A DNA stretch of 64,000 nucleotides from an uncultured beta proteobacterium (GTDB taxonomy: Bacteria > Pseudomonadota > Gammaproteobacteria > Burkholderiales > Burkholderiaceae_F). The DNA is taken from assembly GCA_963712485.1 (NCBI GenBank), contig CAVQID010000019.1, positions 42,684 to 106,683 on the forward strand. Direction: 5' to 3'. Position 1 is the first letter of the stretch. Each line of letters begins with the position of its first letter. The translations under genes were made by a program, and so were the position numbers. Below, in pieces: positions 52,095 to 61,970 of the stretch. The notes beneath the pieces were generated by a model. The model saw only the letters and a program-made list of their open reading frames with translations, was not told where the DNA came from and ran no database searches.

Positions 52095-53752
52095 CGTGCC
52101 AGCGGCGCTGGATCACGCGGAACCGGTTGGCGACGAAGGCGCTGTCCGTGTAGCTCGCCGTTGCGGCCGGGTTCGCGCCCGTTGCGTGATAGTCGGAAAA
52201 CGCAGCCGACTGGTTGACGAACACATTGCCGGTCAGGTTGATCGACAGCGACACGCCGGCCCGCAGCGTCGCTGCCGTCATCGCGTCGATGACCTCCTGC
52301 TTCATCGAATACAGGCCGACAGTCAGCGCGCCGTGTTCCTTGACCGTCCGCTCCGAGAGGGCGACCGCCGCCATTGCATCAGGCACCTTGACGACGAAGC
52401 TGATCGGTCCGAAGCGTTCCTGCAGGTAGGCAGATTCCTGGGTCGGATCGGCCTTCAGCAGGACGGGGGTGCGGACATTCGCGCCGGGAAACTCCGGATG
52501 CTCGATCTTGCGCGAGGGCAGGACGACTTCGGCCAGCGTCGGCGCCTGCTCGATCCGCTTCAGCGTGTCGGGTGACTGGATCGCACCGAGCACCGCGGTC
52601 GCGACCGCCGGGTCCGTCAGAAACTTCTCGACGGCTGCACCGAGGTCGCCTGCCACCTGGTCGAAGCTCTTGTGGCCCTCGTCGGTGTCGATGCCTGTGG
52701 CGGGAACGAAGACGTCCTGCGTCGTCGTGCACATCTGGCCGGAGTACAGGCTCAGGGTGAACGCGAGGTTCTTCAGCATCGCCTTGTAGCTGTCGGTCGA
52801 CTCGATGACGACGTTGTTGACGCCGGCGAGTTCGGCGTAGACCTGCGCCTGGCGCGCGTTGTCGATCAGCCAACGGCCGAACGCATTGCTGCCGGTGAAG
52901 TCGATCGTCTTCACCGCCGGGTTCGTCGCCAGCGCCTGGGTGACCTTCGGATCCTCGTTCACCGCCAGAGTGACGAGGTTCGGATCGATGCCGTTTTCCT
53001 TCAGGACGTCACGAATGATGCGCACGCTGATGGCAGCGGGCAGGATCGCATTCGGATGCGGCTTGACGATGACCGGATTGCCGGTCGCCAGTGCGGCGAA
53101 CAGTCCCGGGTACGTGTTCCATGTGGGGAACGTGCCGCAGCCGATGACCAGCGCCACGCCGCGGCCGACCACCTCGAAGCGCTTCTCCATCACGATGCGG
53201 CGGATTCTTGCCCTGGGGCTTTTCCCAGCGCGCCGACGCCGGAATGAAGGACATCTCACGGTATGCATAGGCCAGCGCTTCGAGCGCGCGGTCCTGCGCA
53301 TGCGGCCCGCCGGCCTGGAACGCCATCATCCAGCCCTGGCCGGTCGTGAACATCACGGTGTAAGCGATCTCGAAACTTGCCTTGTTGATTCGTGCCAGCG
53401 CCTCCAGCAACACGCCGGTGCGCCCGTCGACGCCCAGCGACCTCCACGCCGGCATCGCAGCCAGACCCGCATCGATCAATGCCTGCGGATCGCACGATGG
53501 ATAGCTCGCACTGAAGTCGACGCCATAGGGCGAGCGCTCGGTCGACACCCATCCGTTCGCGCCGGGCTGGTCGAGCTCGAACTTCCGGCCCAGGGCCGCG
53601 AGCGCCGCTGCCTTGCCTTCGTCGTTTGCGGTATCGCCGTAGATCTTCGGGCTCGGCTGCTCCGGGAAGGCGGACCAGTAACCGCGGACACGAATGGCGT
53701 CGAGCGCGCCATCGAGTATGGCGCGGTGCTTGTCGAACAAGGGATGGGACAA
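52084..53752 (-). pseudogene. paaN: phenylacetic acid degradation aldehyde dehydrogenase PaaN (PaaZ dehydrogenase-type), one frame break
   Basis: The N-terminal part MSHPLFDKHRAILDGALDAIRVRGYWSAFPE... (TTG start at 53752) is in ORF 53009..53752. The ALDH core with catalytic Cys (YSGQMCTT) is in ORF 52084..53301. The break is near 53215. Confidence 0.85.
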
Positions 53753-53763
53753 GGTGGTCTCCT

Positions 53764-53880
53764 GCGGAATCGGTGGTGCGGCGCGACAACGAAAGAATCC
53801 GGGTCGGAACCGATTCCGTCGGCTGTGCGACTTGTCAGCGGGGAATCGGTAAAGCTACTATTGATTGAACGGTCGGTCAA
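53764..53880. promoter_or_regulatory. paaN/paaG divergent control region with repeated 9-mers
   Basis: GGAATCGGT occurs at 53765-53773 and 53842-53850, and its complement ACCGATTCC at 53808-53816. A 12/16 self-complementary TTGAACGGTCGGTCAA lies at 53865-53880. Confidence 0.3.
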
Positions 53881-53941
53881 CGAATCCACGGCGCTCCTTG
53901 CGCACGTGGCCGCCAAGGCACCGGACCGCGGGAGATCCCCG

Positions 53942-54739
53942 ATGGCATTCGAGTTCGAGTCCGTCCGCCTGCACATGGCGGACGGGGTGGCCACCCTGAC
54001 GCTGAATCGGCCGGACCGGCTGAACAGCTTCACGGTGGCGATGCACGGTGAGATGCGCGCCGCGCTTGATGCGGTCGACAGTGATCGATCGGTGCGCTGC
54101 CTGGTGCTGACCGGTGCGGGAAGAGGTTTCTGTGCGGGCCAGGACCTCGCTGATCGCGCGGTCGCTCCCGGCAGCGACGCGCTCGACCTCGGCGCGTCGA
54201 TTGATAACTACTACAAGCCGATGCTGCTGCGGCTGCGCCGACTGCGCATGCCCACCGTCTGTGCGGTCAATGGCGTGGCCGCCGGCGCAGGAGCGAACAT
54301 TCCGTTTGCGTGCGACCTGGTTCTGGCGGCCAAGTCCGCGAGCTTCATTCAGTCGTTTTCAAAGCTCGGGCTGGTACCGGATTGCGGCGGGACGTGGTGG
54401 TTGCCGCGTCTGGTCGGTCCGGCGCGCGCGATGGGCCTGGCGTTGCTGGGCGACAAGGTAAGCGCTGCGCAGGCCGTGGAGTGGGGCCTGATCTGGCGCT
54501 GCGTCGAAGACGGCGAACTGATGTCGGCCGCGACGGCGCTCGCCGGGCAACTGGCGGCCGGTCCGACGCTCGGCTACGTACGCACTCGCGAAGTGATGGA
54601 CGAAGCGCTTGGCGTGTCGTTTGCACAGGCGCTCGATCTGGAGCGCGACGCGCAGCGCGAACTGGGGCGGTCCGCCGACTATCGCGAAGGGGTCACGGCG
54701 TTCATCGAGAAGCGTGCGCCGCGCTTCACCGGCAACTAG
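53942..54739 (+). CDS. paaG: 2-(1,2-epoxy-1,2-dihydrophenyl)acetyl-CoA isomerase
   Basis: 265 aa crotonase fold. Close match to my memory of E. coli PaaG: TGAGRGFCAGQDL, AVNGVAAGAGA, FSKLGLVPDCGGTW and RSADYREGVTAFIEKRAPRFTG. Confidence 0.9.
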   Translation: MAFEFESVRLHMADGVATLTLNRPDRLNSFTVAMHGEMRAALDAVDSDRSVRCLVLTGAGRGFCAGQDLADRAVAPGSDALDLGASIDNYYKPMLLRLRRLRMPTVCAVNGVAAGAGANIPFACDLVLAAKSASFIQSFSKLGLVPDCGGTWWLPRLVGPARAMGLALLGDKVSAAQAVEWGLIWRCVEDGELMSAATALAGQLAAGPTLGYVRTREVMDEALGVSFAQALDLERDAQRELGRSADYREGVTAFIEKRAPRFTGN

Positions 54740-54741
54740 CC

Positions 54742-56283
54742 ATGGCGGGTCCGCTGGCACGCGAAGTCATCGTCGGCGTCATCGGCGCGGGTGCGATGGG
54801 TGCCGGCATTGCCCAGGTCGCGGCGCAGGCGGGCCATCGGGTGCTTCTTGCCGACGCCCAGCCCGGTGCGGTCGACCGCGCCCGGGCCGCCATTGTCAAA
54901 GGCCTGAGCACGCTTGCCACCAAAGGCAAGCTGACGTCGGCAGATGCGGACGCCGCGGTGTCGCGGATCCAGGCGTCGGCACCCAGCGGTTTTGGCCGTT
55001 GCGGACTGGTGATCGAGGCGATCGTCGAGGATCTCGAAGTCAAGCGCCGTCTGTTTGCGGAACTCGAGGGCATTGTCGCCGCGGAGTGCATCCTGGCAAC
55101 GAATACGTCTTCGCTGTCGATCACCGCGATGGCGGCCGGCCTGCGCTGTCCCGAGCGACTCGTCGGCATGCACTTCTTCAATCCGGCCGAGCGAATGAAG
55201 CTGGTCGAAGTTATCAGCGGCCTGGAGACTTCACCGGCGATCGCCGAGACGATCTTTGCGACCGCTGAGGCGTGGGGCAAGAAGCCGGCGTACGCGAAAT
55301 CGACACCGGGCTTCATCGTCAACCGCATTGCACGTCCGTTCTATGGCGAGGCCTGGCGTGCCTACACCGAGGGCGCCGCCGACCCGGCCACGATCGACGC
55401 GATCGTGCGCGACTGCGGCGGGTTTCCGATGGGCCCGTTCGAGCTGATGGACCTCATCGGTCACGACGTCAACCTGGCCGTCAGCACGTCGGTCTTCGAA
55501 GCGACGTTCGGCGAGCGCCGCTACGCACCGTCGGTTGCACAGCAGGAACTTGTCCGCGCCGGCCGTCTCGGTCGCAAGACCGGTCGCGGGATATACGACT
55601 ATCGCGAGGGCGCCGCAAAGCCGGAGCCGCATGTCGACGACGGTGCCGAACCGGTACGACGCATCGTCGCGGTCGGGTCGCTCGGCATCGCCACGCCCAT
55701 TATCACGCGGCTCGAGGCGGCGGGCGTCGATGTCGTGCGCGTGCAGGGGCCGCGCGCCGCGCAGGATGCGTCGTCGGGCTGGCTCGAGATCGGGCTCGCG
55801 CGGCTGATGATGAGCGATGGGCGTCCGGCGACGCGGCGCGCGATGGAGGATAGGCACGAGCACCTGGTGCTGTTCGACCTGGCGCTCGATTACACAACGA
55901 CCCCTCGTCTCGGCCTGGCGCGCGCGGACCAGTGCGGCATGGCGGCATTCCGCTCGGTCTGCGCGACGCTGACGCAGGCGGGCTTCGCCTGCTCGCCGCT
56001 CGACGATGTCGCCGGGCTCGTCGTGATGCGCCTGATCGCGATGCTGGTGAACGAGGCTGCAGACGCAGTGGCTCATGGCACCTGCAGCGCTGATGCGATC
56101 GACGTGGCGATGCGTTATGGCGTCAACTATCCGCGCGGGCCGATGGAGTGGTCGGAGCAGGTGGGGCTGCGCGTCTTCGCGCGCACGCTCGCCAATTTGC
56201 GCGAGCACTACGGCGAGGAGCGCTATCGCACCTCGGCGCTGATCACCCGCAAGGGCTACACCGGGGCTTCATTTCATGACTGA
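54742..56283 (+). CDS. paaH: 3-hydroxyadipyl-CoA dehydrogenase
   Basis: 513 aa. Contains the NAD fold VGVIGAGAMGAGIAQV, NTSSLSIT, HFFNP and GFIVNR, plus a duplicated C-terminal domain. Confidence 0.9.
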   Translation: MAGPLAREVIVGVIGAGAMGAGIAQVAAQAGHRVLLADAQPGAVDRARAAIVKGLSTLATKGKLTSADADAAVSRIQASAPSGFGRCGLVIEAIVEDLEVKRRLFAELEGIVAAECILATNTSSLSITAMAAGLRCPERLVGMHFFNPAERMKLVEVISGLETSPAIAETIFATAEAWGKKPAYAKSTPGFIVNRIARPFYGEAWRAYTEGAADPATIDAIVRDCGGFPMGPFELMDLIGHDVNLAVSTSVFEATFGERRYAPSVAQQELVRAGRLGRKTGRGIYDYREGAAKPEPHVDDGAEPVRRIVAVGSLGIATPIITRLEAAGVDVVRVQGPRAAQDASSGWLEIGLARLMMSDGRPATRRAMEDRHEHLVLFDLALDYTTTPRLGLARADQCGMAAFRSVCATLTQAGFACSPLDDVAGLVVMRLIAMLVNEAADAVAHGTCSADAIDVAMRYGVNYPRGPMEWSEQVGLRVFARTLANLREHYGEERYRTSALITRKGYTGASFHD

Positions 56284-56722
56284 ATCGACGTCACACGACG
56301 CACACGCGATTGCCGAAGCGGTGAAGCTCGGCATGTTCATGGACGACGCGGCCTCGCGCGGGCTTGGAATGCATATCGAGGCTGTCGGGCCCGGCTATTC
56401 GCGCATTGCAATGACCGTGCGCCCCGACATGCTGAACGGCTTCAGGATCTGCCACGGCGGCTTCATCACGACGCTCGCCGACTCGGCTTTCGCATTCGCC
56501 TGCAACAGCTACAACGAAGTGACCGTTGCTTCGGGCATCGTCGTCGATTTTCTTGCGCCGGCGCACGAGGGTGATCGCCTTGTCGCGGAGTGTCATGAAG
56601 TGGCTCGCACCGGGCGCACCGGCGTCTATGACATCAAGGTGACGAACCAGGATGGCAAGGCCGTCGTCGTCATGCGGGGCCGGTCGCACACGATGAAGGG
56701 CAAGCAGGTCGTGCAGCTCTGA
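56276..56722 (+). CDS. paaI: hydroxyphenylacetyl-CoA thioesterase
   Basis: 148 aa hot-dog fold with ICHGGFITTLADSAFAFACNS. It overlaps the end of paaH by 8 nt. Confidence 0.88.
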   Translation: MTESTSHDAHAIAEAVKLGMFMDDAASRGLGMHIEAVGPGYSRIAMTVRPDMLNGFRICHGGFITTLADSAFAFACNSYNEVTVASGIVVDFLAPAHEGDRLVAECHEVARTGRTGVYDIKVTNQDGKAVVVMRGRSHTMKGKQVVQL

Positions 56723-56732
56723 GGGGATCGAT

Positions 56733-58049
56733 ATGCCGATCAAGAAGCCGTCACCCGCCGACCTCGAACCGATCGAGCGCGCCAGCCGTGCCGAGTTGCA
56801 GGCGCTGCAGCTTGAACGACTGCGCTGGTCGCTGGCGCACGCCTACGGGAATGTGCCGCATTATCGGGCGAAATTCGACGCAGCGAAGGTCAAGCCATCC
56901 GATCTGAAGACGCTTGGCGATCTTTCGAAGTTTCCGTTCACGGCCAAGAAGGATCTGCGCGACAACTACCCGTTCGGCATGTTTGCGGTGCCGCGCGACA
57001 AAGTGGTGCGCCTGCACGCATCGAGCGGCACGACCGGCAAGCCGACAGTGGTCGGCTACACAGCAAAGGACATCGACACGTGGGCCACCGTGATGGCACG
57101 TTCGATCCGTGCCGCCGGCGGGCGCGCCGGCGACATGGTGCATGTGTCGTATGGCTACGGCCTCTTTACCGGCGGACTCGGCGCGCACTACGGTGCGGAG
57201 AGGCTCGGTTGCACCGTGATCCCGATTTCCGGTGGCATGACCGAGCGACAGGTGCAGATCATCGAGGACTTCAAGCCCGACATCATCATGGTGACGCCGT
57301 CGTACATGCTGGCGATCGCCGAGGAGATGGAAAAACAGGGTATGGACCCTAAGAAGTCGTCACTGCAGATCGGCATCTTCGGAGCGGAACCCTGGACGCC
57401 GGCGATGCGCGCGGCGATTGAAGCCAAGACTTCACTCGACGCGATCGACATCTACGGCCTGTCGGAGATCATCGGACCCGGGGTTGCGCAGGAATGCATC
57501 GAGACCAAGGACGGGCTGACGGTCTGGGAGGATCACTTCTATCCGGAGATCATCGACCCGGACACGGGCGAAGTGCTTCCCGAGGGCGAGAAGGGCGAAC
57601 TGGTTTTCAGCTCGCTCACCAAGGAAGCGCTGCCGATGATCCGCTACCGCACTCGCGACCTGACGCGGCTGTTGCCGCCGACCGCGCGCAGCATGCGCCG
57701 CATCGAGAAGATCACCGGTCGCTCGGACGACATGCTGATCATCCGCGGCGTGAATCTCTTCCCGACGCAGGTCGAGGAACTGATCCTGAAGCAGCCGGAA
57801 CTCGAGCCTTATTACACGCTCGAAGTGACGCGGCCCGGCAATCTTGACGAGCTGACCGTTCACGTCGAAATGGGCTCGGCCCTCGCCAACGGCAGCCAGG
57901 AATCGCGCCACGCGGCGGCGCGGAAGCTGGAACACAGCGTCAAGGCCTACATCGGCATCAGCGCCACTGTGCGACTGGCATTGCCGATGGGGCTCGAGCG
58001 GTCTATTGGCAAGGCAAAACGCATCATCGATCGTCGGCCGAAACAGTAG
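56733..58049 (+). CDS. paaK: phenylacetate-CoA ligase
   Basis: 438 aa. Contains the AMP-binding motif SSGTTGKPTVVGYT, plus GLSEIIGPGV and RYRTRDLT. Confidence 0.93.
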   Translation: MPIKKPSPADLEPIERASRAELQALQLERLRWSLAHAYGNVPHYRAKFDAAKVKPSDLKTLGDLSKFPFTAKKDLRDNYPFGMFAVPRDKVVRLHASSGTTGKPTVVGYTAKDIDTWATVMARSIRAAGGRAGDMVHVSYGYGLFTGGLGAHYGAERLGCTVIPISGGMTERQVQIIEDFKPDIIMVTPSYMLAIAEEMEKQGMDPKKSSLQIGIFGAEPWTPAMRAAIEAKTSLDAIDIYGLSEIIGPGVAQECIETKDGLTVWEDHFYPEIIDPDTGEVLPEGEKGELVFSSLTKEALPMIRYRTRDLTRLLPPTARSMRRIEKITGRSDDMLIIRGVNLFPTQVEELILKQPELEPYYTLEVTRPGNLDELTVHVEMGSALANGSQESRHAAARKLEHSVKAYIGISATVRLALPMGLERSIGKAKRIIDRRPKQ

Positions 58050-58058
58050 AGGAGTCAT

Positions 58059-59075
58059 ATGTATACCCAGGCGATGGACCTACCGTCCCCCGAGCGGGAC
58101 GAGGCATTGAAGGCGCGCGCGCCGCGGTCGCTGAAGGATGCCGAATACGAGGCCGAGTTCGACGCCAAGGTTGCGCGCGGGGAATTCATCGAAGCAAAGG
58201 ACTGGATGCCCGAGGGCTACCGCAAGACCTTGGTCCGCCAGATCAGCCAGCATGCGCACAGCGAGATCGTCGGGATGCTGCCAGAGGGCAACTGGATCAC
58301 CCGCGCTCCGACGCTCAAGCGCAAGGCGATCCTGCTCGCCAAGGTGCAGGACGAAGGCGGCCACGGCATGTATCTCTACGCTGCGGCCGAGACGCTCGGC
58401 GTCGCGCGTGATGATCTGGTCGACGCGTTGCATTCCGGCAAGGCCAAGTACTCGTCGATCTTCAACTATCCAACGCTCACCTGGGCCGACATCGGCGTCA
58501 TCGGCTGGCTCGTCGACGGCGCCGCGATCATGAACCAGATCCCGCTGTGTCGGTGTTCGTACGGCCCTTATGCGCGCGCGATGATCCGCATCTGCAAGGA
58601 AGAGTCGTTTCATCAGCGCCAGGGCTACGACCTGCTGCTGACGATGATGAAGGGCACCGAGGCGCAGCGCGCGATGGTGCAGGACGCGGTCAATCGGTGG
58701 TGGTGGCCGTCACTGATGATGTTCGGGCCGCACGACAGCGAATCGGTGCACTCGGGCGACTCGATCAAATGGGGCATCAAACGCATCAGCAACGATGACC
58801 TGCGCCAGAAATTCGTCGACGCGACCGTGCCACAGGCCAAGGTGCTCGGCATCACCTTGCCCGATCCCGAGCTCCGGTTCGATCCAGAGCGCGGACACTG
58901 GGACTTCGGCAAGATCGACTGGTCCGAGTTCTGGAATGTCGTCAACGGTCACGGCGAATGCAACCGCGATCGCCTTGCCGACCGCGTGCAGGCCTGGGAG
59001 GACGGAGCCTGGGTGCGCGAAGCCGCACTGGCCCACGCCGACAAGCAGCGCCGCCGGGACCGGCTGGCGGCATGA
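58059..59075 (+). CDS. paaA: 1,2-phenylacetyl-CoA epoxidase subunit A
   Basis: 338 aa di-iron oxygenase with EGGH and EESFH ligand motifs ([20 protein letters not shown]). Confidence 0.93.
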   Translation: MYTQAMDLPSPERDEALKARAPRSLKDAEYEAEFDAKVARGEFIEAKDWMPEGYRKTLVRQISQHAHSEIVGMLPEGNWITRAPTLKRKAILLAKVQDEGGHGMYLYAAAETLGVARDDLVDALHSGKAKYSSIFNYPTLTWADIGVIGWLVDGAAIMNQIPLCRCSYGPYARAMIRICKEESFHQRQGYDLLLTMMKGTEAQRAMVQDAVNRWWWPSLMMFGPHDSESVHSGDSIKWGIKRISNDDLRQKFVDATVPQAKVLGITLPDPELRFDPERGHWDFGKIDWSEFWNVVNGHGECNRDRLADRVQAWEDGAWVREAALAHADKQRRRDRLAA

Positions 59076-59205
59076 CATCGCGCCCCGACCAGCGGGGGAA
59101 TCCAAGGGGGGCGGAGCCCCTCTTGCATCCCGATATTGCCCTGCGGCCATTGGCGCCCGTCGAAATCGTGCTGCAGGCACGTGAAGAACAGTGAAAGGAA
59201 TCGAG

Positions 59206-59499
59206 ATGACCAAACCCAGCCGCCAATGGCCGCTCTGGGAAGTCTTCATCAGGAGCCGCAACGGCCTCGACCACAAGCATTGCGGCAGCGTGCACGCGCC
59301 CGACGCGAAGATGGCGCTGGGCAACGCGCGCGACGTCTACACGCGACGCATGGAAGGCGTGAGCATCTGGGTGGTGCGCGCCGATCAGATCGTGGCGAGC
59401 GACCCGGACGCGAAGCCGGAGATGTTCGATCCGGCCGAGGACAAGATCTACCGGCATCCGACGTTTTATCAGCTTCCCGACGAAGTCAATCACATGTGA
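59206..59499 (+). CDS. paaB: 1,2-phenylacetyl-CoA epoxidase subunit B
   Basis: 97 aa from the ATG at 59206, with RBS GAAAGGA. Contains WPLWEVFIRSRNGLDHKHCGSVHAPDAKMALGNARDVYTRR. Confidence 0.9.
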   Translation: MTKPSRQWPLWEVFIRSRNGLDHKHCGSVHAPDAKMALGNARDVYTRRMEGVSIWVVRADQIVASDPDAKPEMFDPAEDKIYRHPTFYQLPDEVNHM

Positions 59500-59630
59500 T
59501 TGAACACCCCATGAAGCTACTGCGCGCCCCGATCTGCGGTCTCCGCTGCTCACTGTAAGTCCGTACCGCTGCGCTGCTCGACCGCACCTCGAGGCTGTCG
59601 CACGCTGGGGCATTCAAACGGAAGTTGAAG

Positions 59631-60404
59631 ATGACCGTAGACACAAACACGCATCCCGCCCACCTCGAGTACGTCCTGCGCATCGCGGACACGTCGCTGA
59701 TCCTTGGCCAGCGCCTGTCCGAATGGTGCGGCCACGGCCCGGTGATCGAGGAGGACATCGCGCTGACGAATGTCGCGCTGGATTTGATCGGGCAGGCGCG
59801 CCTGCTGCTCAGCCATGCCGGCAGGCTGGAAGGCCGTGGCCGCGACGAGGACCAGCTGGCGTTTCTGCGCACGGAGCCGCAGTACCGCAACCTGACGATC
59901 GTCGAATTGCCCAACGGCGACTTCGCACGCACGATCCTGCGCAACTTTCTCGTTGCCGCGTGGCAGCGCGAGTTGTGGCAGAAGCTCATCGGCTCGCAGT
60001 GACACCGAGCTGGCGGCGATCGCGGCCAAGAGCCTGAAGGAAACCCGCTACCACCTGCAGCACGCGTCGGACTGGACCGTGCGCCTGGGCGACGGCACCG
60101 AAGAGTCGCATGCGCGCATGCAGCGCGCGCTGGATTACCTGTGGCCCTACACGGCCGAATTGTTCAGCGCATCGGACGAAGACGGCGCGATCGAAGCGGC
60201 CGGTATCGGGCGTCGGCCTGGCCGGTGCTGCAGGCGGCATGGGATAGCGCCGTGCGACCCGTGCTCGAGGTGGCCACACTGAGCGTCCCGGCGGCTACCC
60301 CGTTCCTGTCGCGCGCCAAGCATGGGCAGCACACCGAATTCATGGGTCACCTGCTGACCGAGTTGCAGTACCTGCAGCGCGCATACCCCGGCGGAACCTG
60401 GTAG
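59631..60404 (+). pseudogene. paaC: 1,2-phenylacetyl-CoA epoxidase subunit C, two frame breaks
   Basis: Three collinear pieces in three frames, with breaks near 59998 and 60205:
- EYVLRIADTSLILGQRLSEWCGHGPVIEEDIALTN...;
- ELAAIAAKSLKETRYHLQHASDW...;
- WPVLQAAWDSAVRPVL...HTEFMGHLLTELQYLQRAYPG. Confidence 0.88.
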
Positions 60405-60412
60405 GACACTTA

Positions 60413-60898
60413 ATGCTGACGTCGGCACAAGCCTGGGGCATTCTGAATCGCGTTCCCGATCCCGAGATCCCTGTCATCTCGGTGACCGAACTCGGCATCG
60501 TGCGGGATGTGCGGGCCGACGACGACCTGGTTCACGTCATCGTGACGCCGACCTATTCGGGCTGTCCGGCGACCGAGGTCATCGAACGATCGATCCGCGA
60601 GGCGCTAACTGCCGCAGGTGCCACAGAGGTGCGGGTGACCACGCAACTGGCGCCGGCGTGGACGACCGACTGGATCGAGCCGGCCGCGCAGGAGAAGCTG
60701 CGCGCCTACGGCATCGCGCCACCTGGCGAAAGGGCGACTGCCGAAGCCCAGCCGTTGCAGTTCGTTCCGCGCGTCGCCTGTCCCCGCTGCGGCAGTGCGG
60801 ACACCGAGCGTCTGTCGCAGTTCGGTGCGACGGCGTGCAAGGCGCTGTATCGCTGTCGCGCCTGCCGCGAACCGTTCGAATACTTCAAGCCGCTTTGA
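60413..60898 (+). CDS. paaD: 1,2-phenylacetyl-CoA epoxidase subunit D
   Basis: 161 aa. Has an N-terminal MIP18/SufT-like domain (VPDPEIPVISVTELGIVRDV...PTYSGCPA) and a C-terminal Cys4 cluster (CPRCGS...CRAC). Confidence 0.88.
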   Translation: MLTSAQAWGILNRVPDPEIPVISVTELGIVRDVRADDDLVHVIVTPTYSGCPATEVIERSIREALTAAGATEVRVTTQLAPAWTTDWIEPAAQEKLRAYGIAPPGERATAEAQPLQFVPRVACPRCGSADTERLSQFGATACKALYRCRACREPFEYFKPL

Positions 60899-60899
60899 C

Positions 60900-61968
60900 A
60901 TGACACCCCGCTTTCACCGACTCCGAGTCGCCGAAGTCCGTCGCGAAACGCCCGACTGCGTCAGCCTGAAGTTCGAGGTTCCCGCCGACGTGCGCGAATG
61001 AGTACCGCTTCATGCAGGGCCAGCATGTCGCGTTGCGCACCACACTCGACGGTGAGGAACTGCGGCGCTCGTATTCCGTGTGCTCGGGCTGTGATGACGG
61101 CGAACTGCGGGTCGCCGTGAAGAAAGTGCCCGCAGGACGCTTCTCGGTCTGGGTGAACGAATTGCTGAAGCCCGGCGATGCGATCGATGTGATGACGCCG
61201 GAGGGCCGCTTCTTCACTTCGCTGGCCACCGAGCAAGAGAAGCACTACGTGGCGTTTGCGTCGGGCAGCGGCATCACGCCGGTGCTGTCGCTGATCCGCA
61301 CGACGCTCGCACGCGAACCGCGTTCCCGTTTCACGCTCGTCTACGGCAATCGGCGCCAGTCGAGCGTCATGTTCCACGAGGCGCTCGAAGACCTGAAGGA
61401 CCGCTACCTGACGCGTTTCCGCCTGTTCAACGTCTTCTCGCGCGAGGAGCAGGACGTCGAGCTTTTCAATGGCCACATCGACGCCGCCAAGGTCGGGCAG
61501 TTCCTGTCGACGCTGATTCCGGCCGACACGATCGACGAGGCTTTCGTCTGCGGGCCGGCGTCGATGATCGACGAAGTCGAGCAGGCGTTGATCGAATGCG
61601 GCGTGGCGCGCGATCACGTGCACGTGGAGCGCTTCGGCGTGCCGGGCGCTGCGACTGCCGCGCCGATAGACGACGCCGAGGCGGCCGAAGCCAGGCTCAC
61701 GCTCGTGATTGACGGCGTCAAGCGCGAAGTCGACTTCCACCGCGGGCAACATTCGATCCTCGAGGCCGGGCGCGCGGCCGGGCTCGACCTTCCGTATTCG
61801 TGCAAGGGCGGGATGTGCAGTACCTGCCGCGGCAAGCTTCTCGAAGGTCAGGTCAAGATGGCCAAGAACTATGCGCTCGAACCGCACGAGGTCGCGGCGG
61901 GCTATGTGCTCACCTGCCAGTCGTATCCGCTGACAGAGCGGGTGCTGATTTCCTACGACGAGAGGTAG
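60900..61968 (+). pseudogene. paaE: 1,2-phenylacetyl-CoA epoxidase reductase subunit E, one frame break
   Basis: MTPRFHRLRVAEVRRETPDCVSLKFEVPADVRE stops at 61001. It continues as (E)YRFMQGQHVALR... in ORF 61012..61968, with an extra base near 60999. Contains the FNR-type RSYS and GSGITP motifs and a C-terminal plant-type 2Fe-2S motif, CKGGMCSTCR. Confidence 0.9.
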
Positions 61969-61970
61969 CG

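Noticed and set aside
59511-59558. 15-codon ORF (MKLLRAPICGLRCSL) in the paaB-paaC spacer.
   Set aside because: No Shine-Dalgarno sequence precedes it. It is too short to assess and there is no supporting signal.
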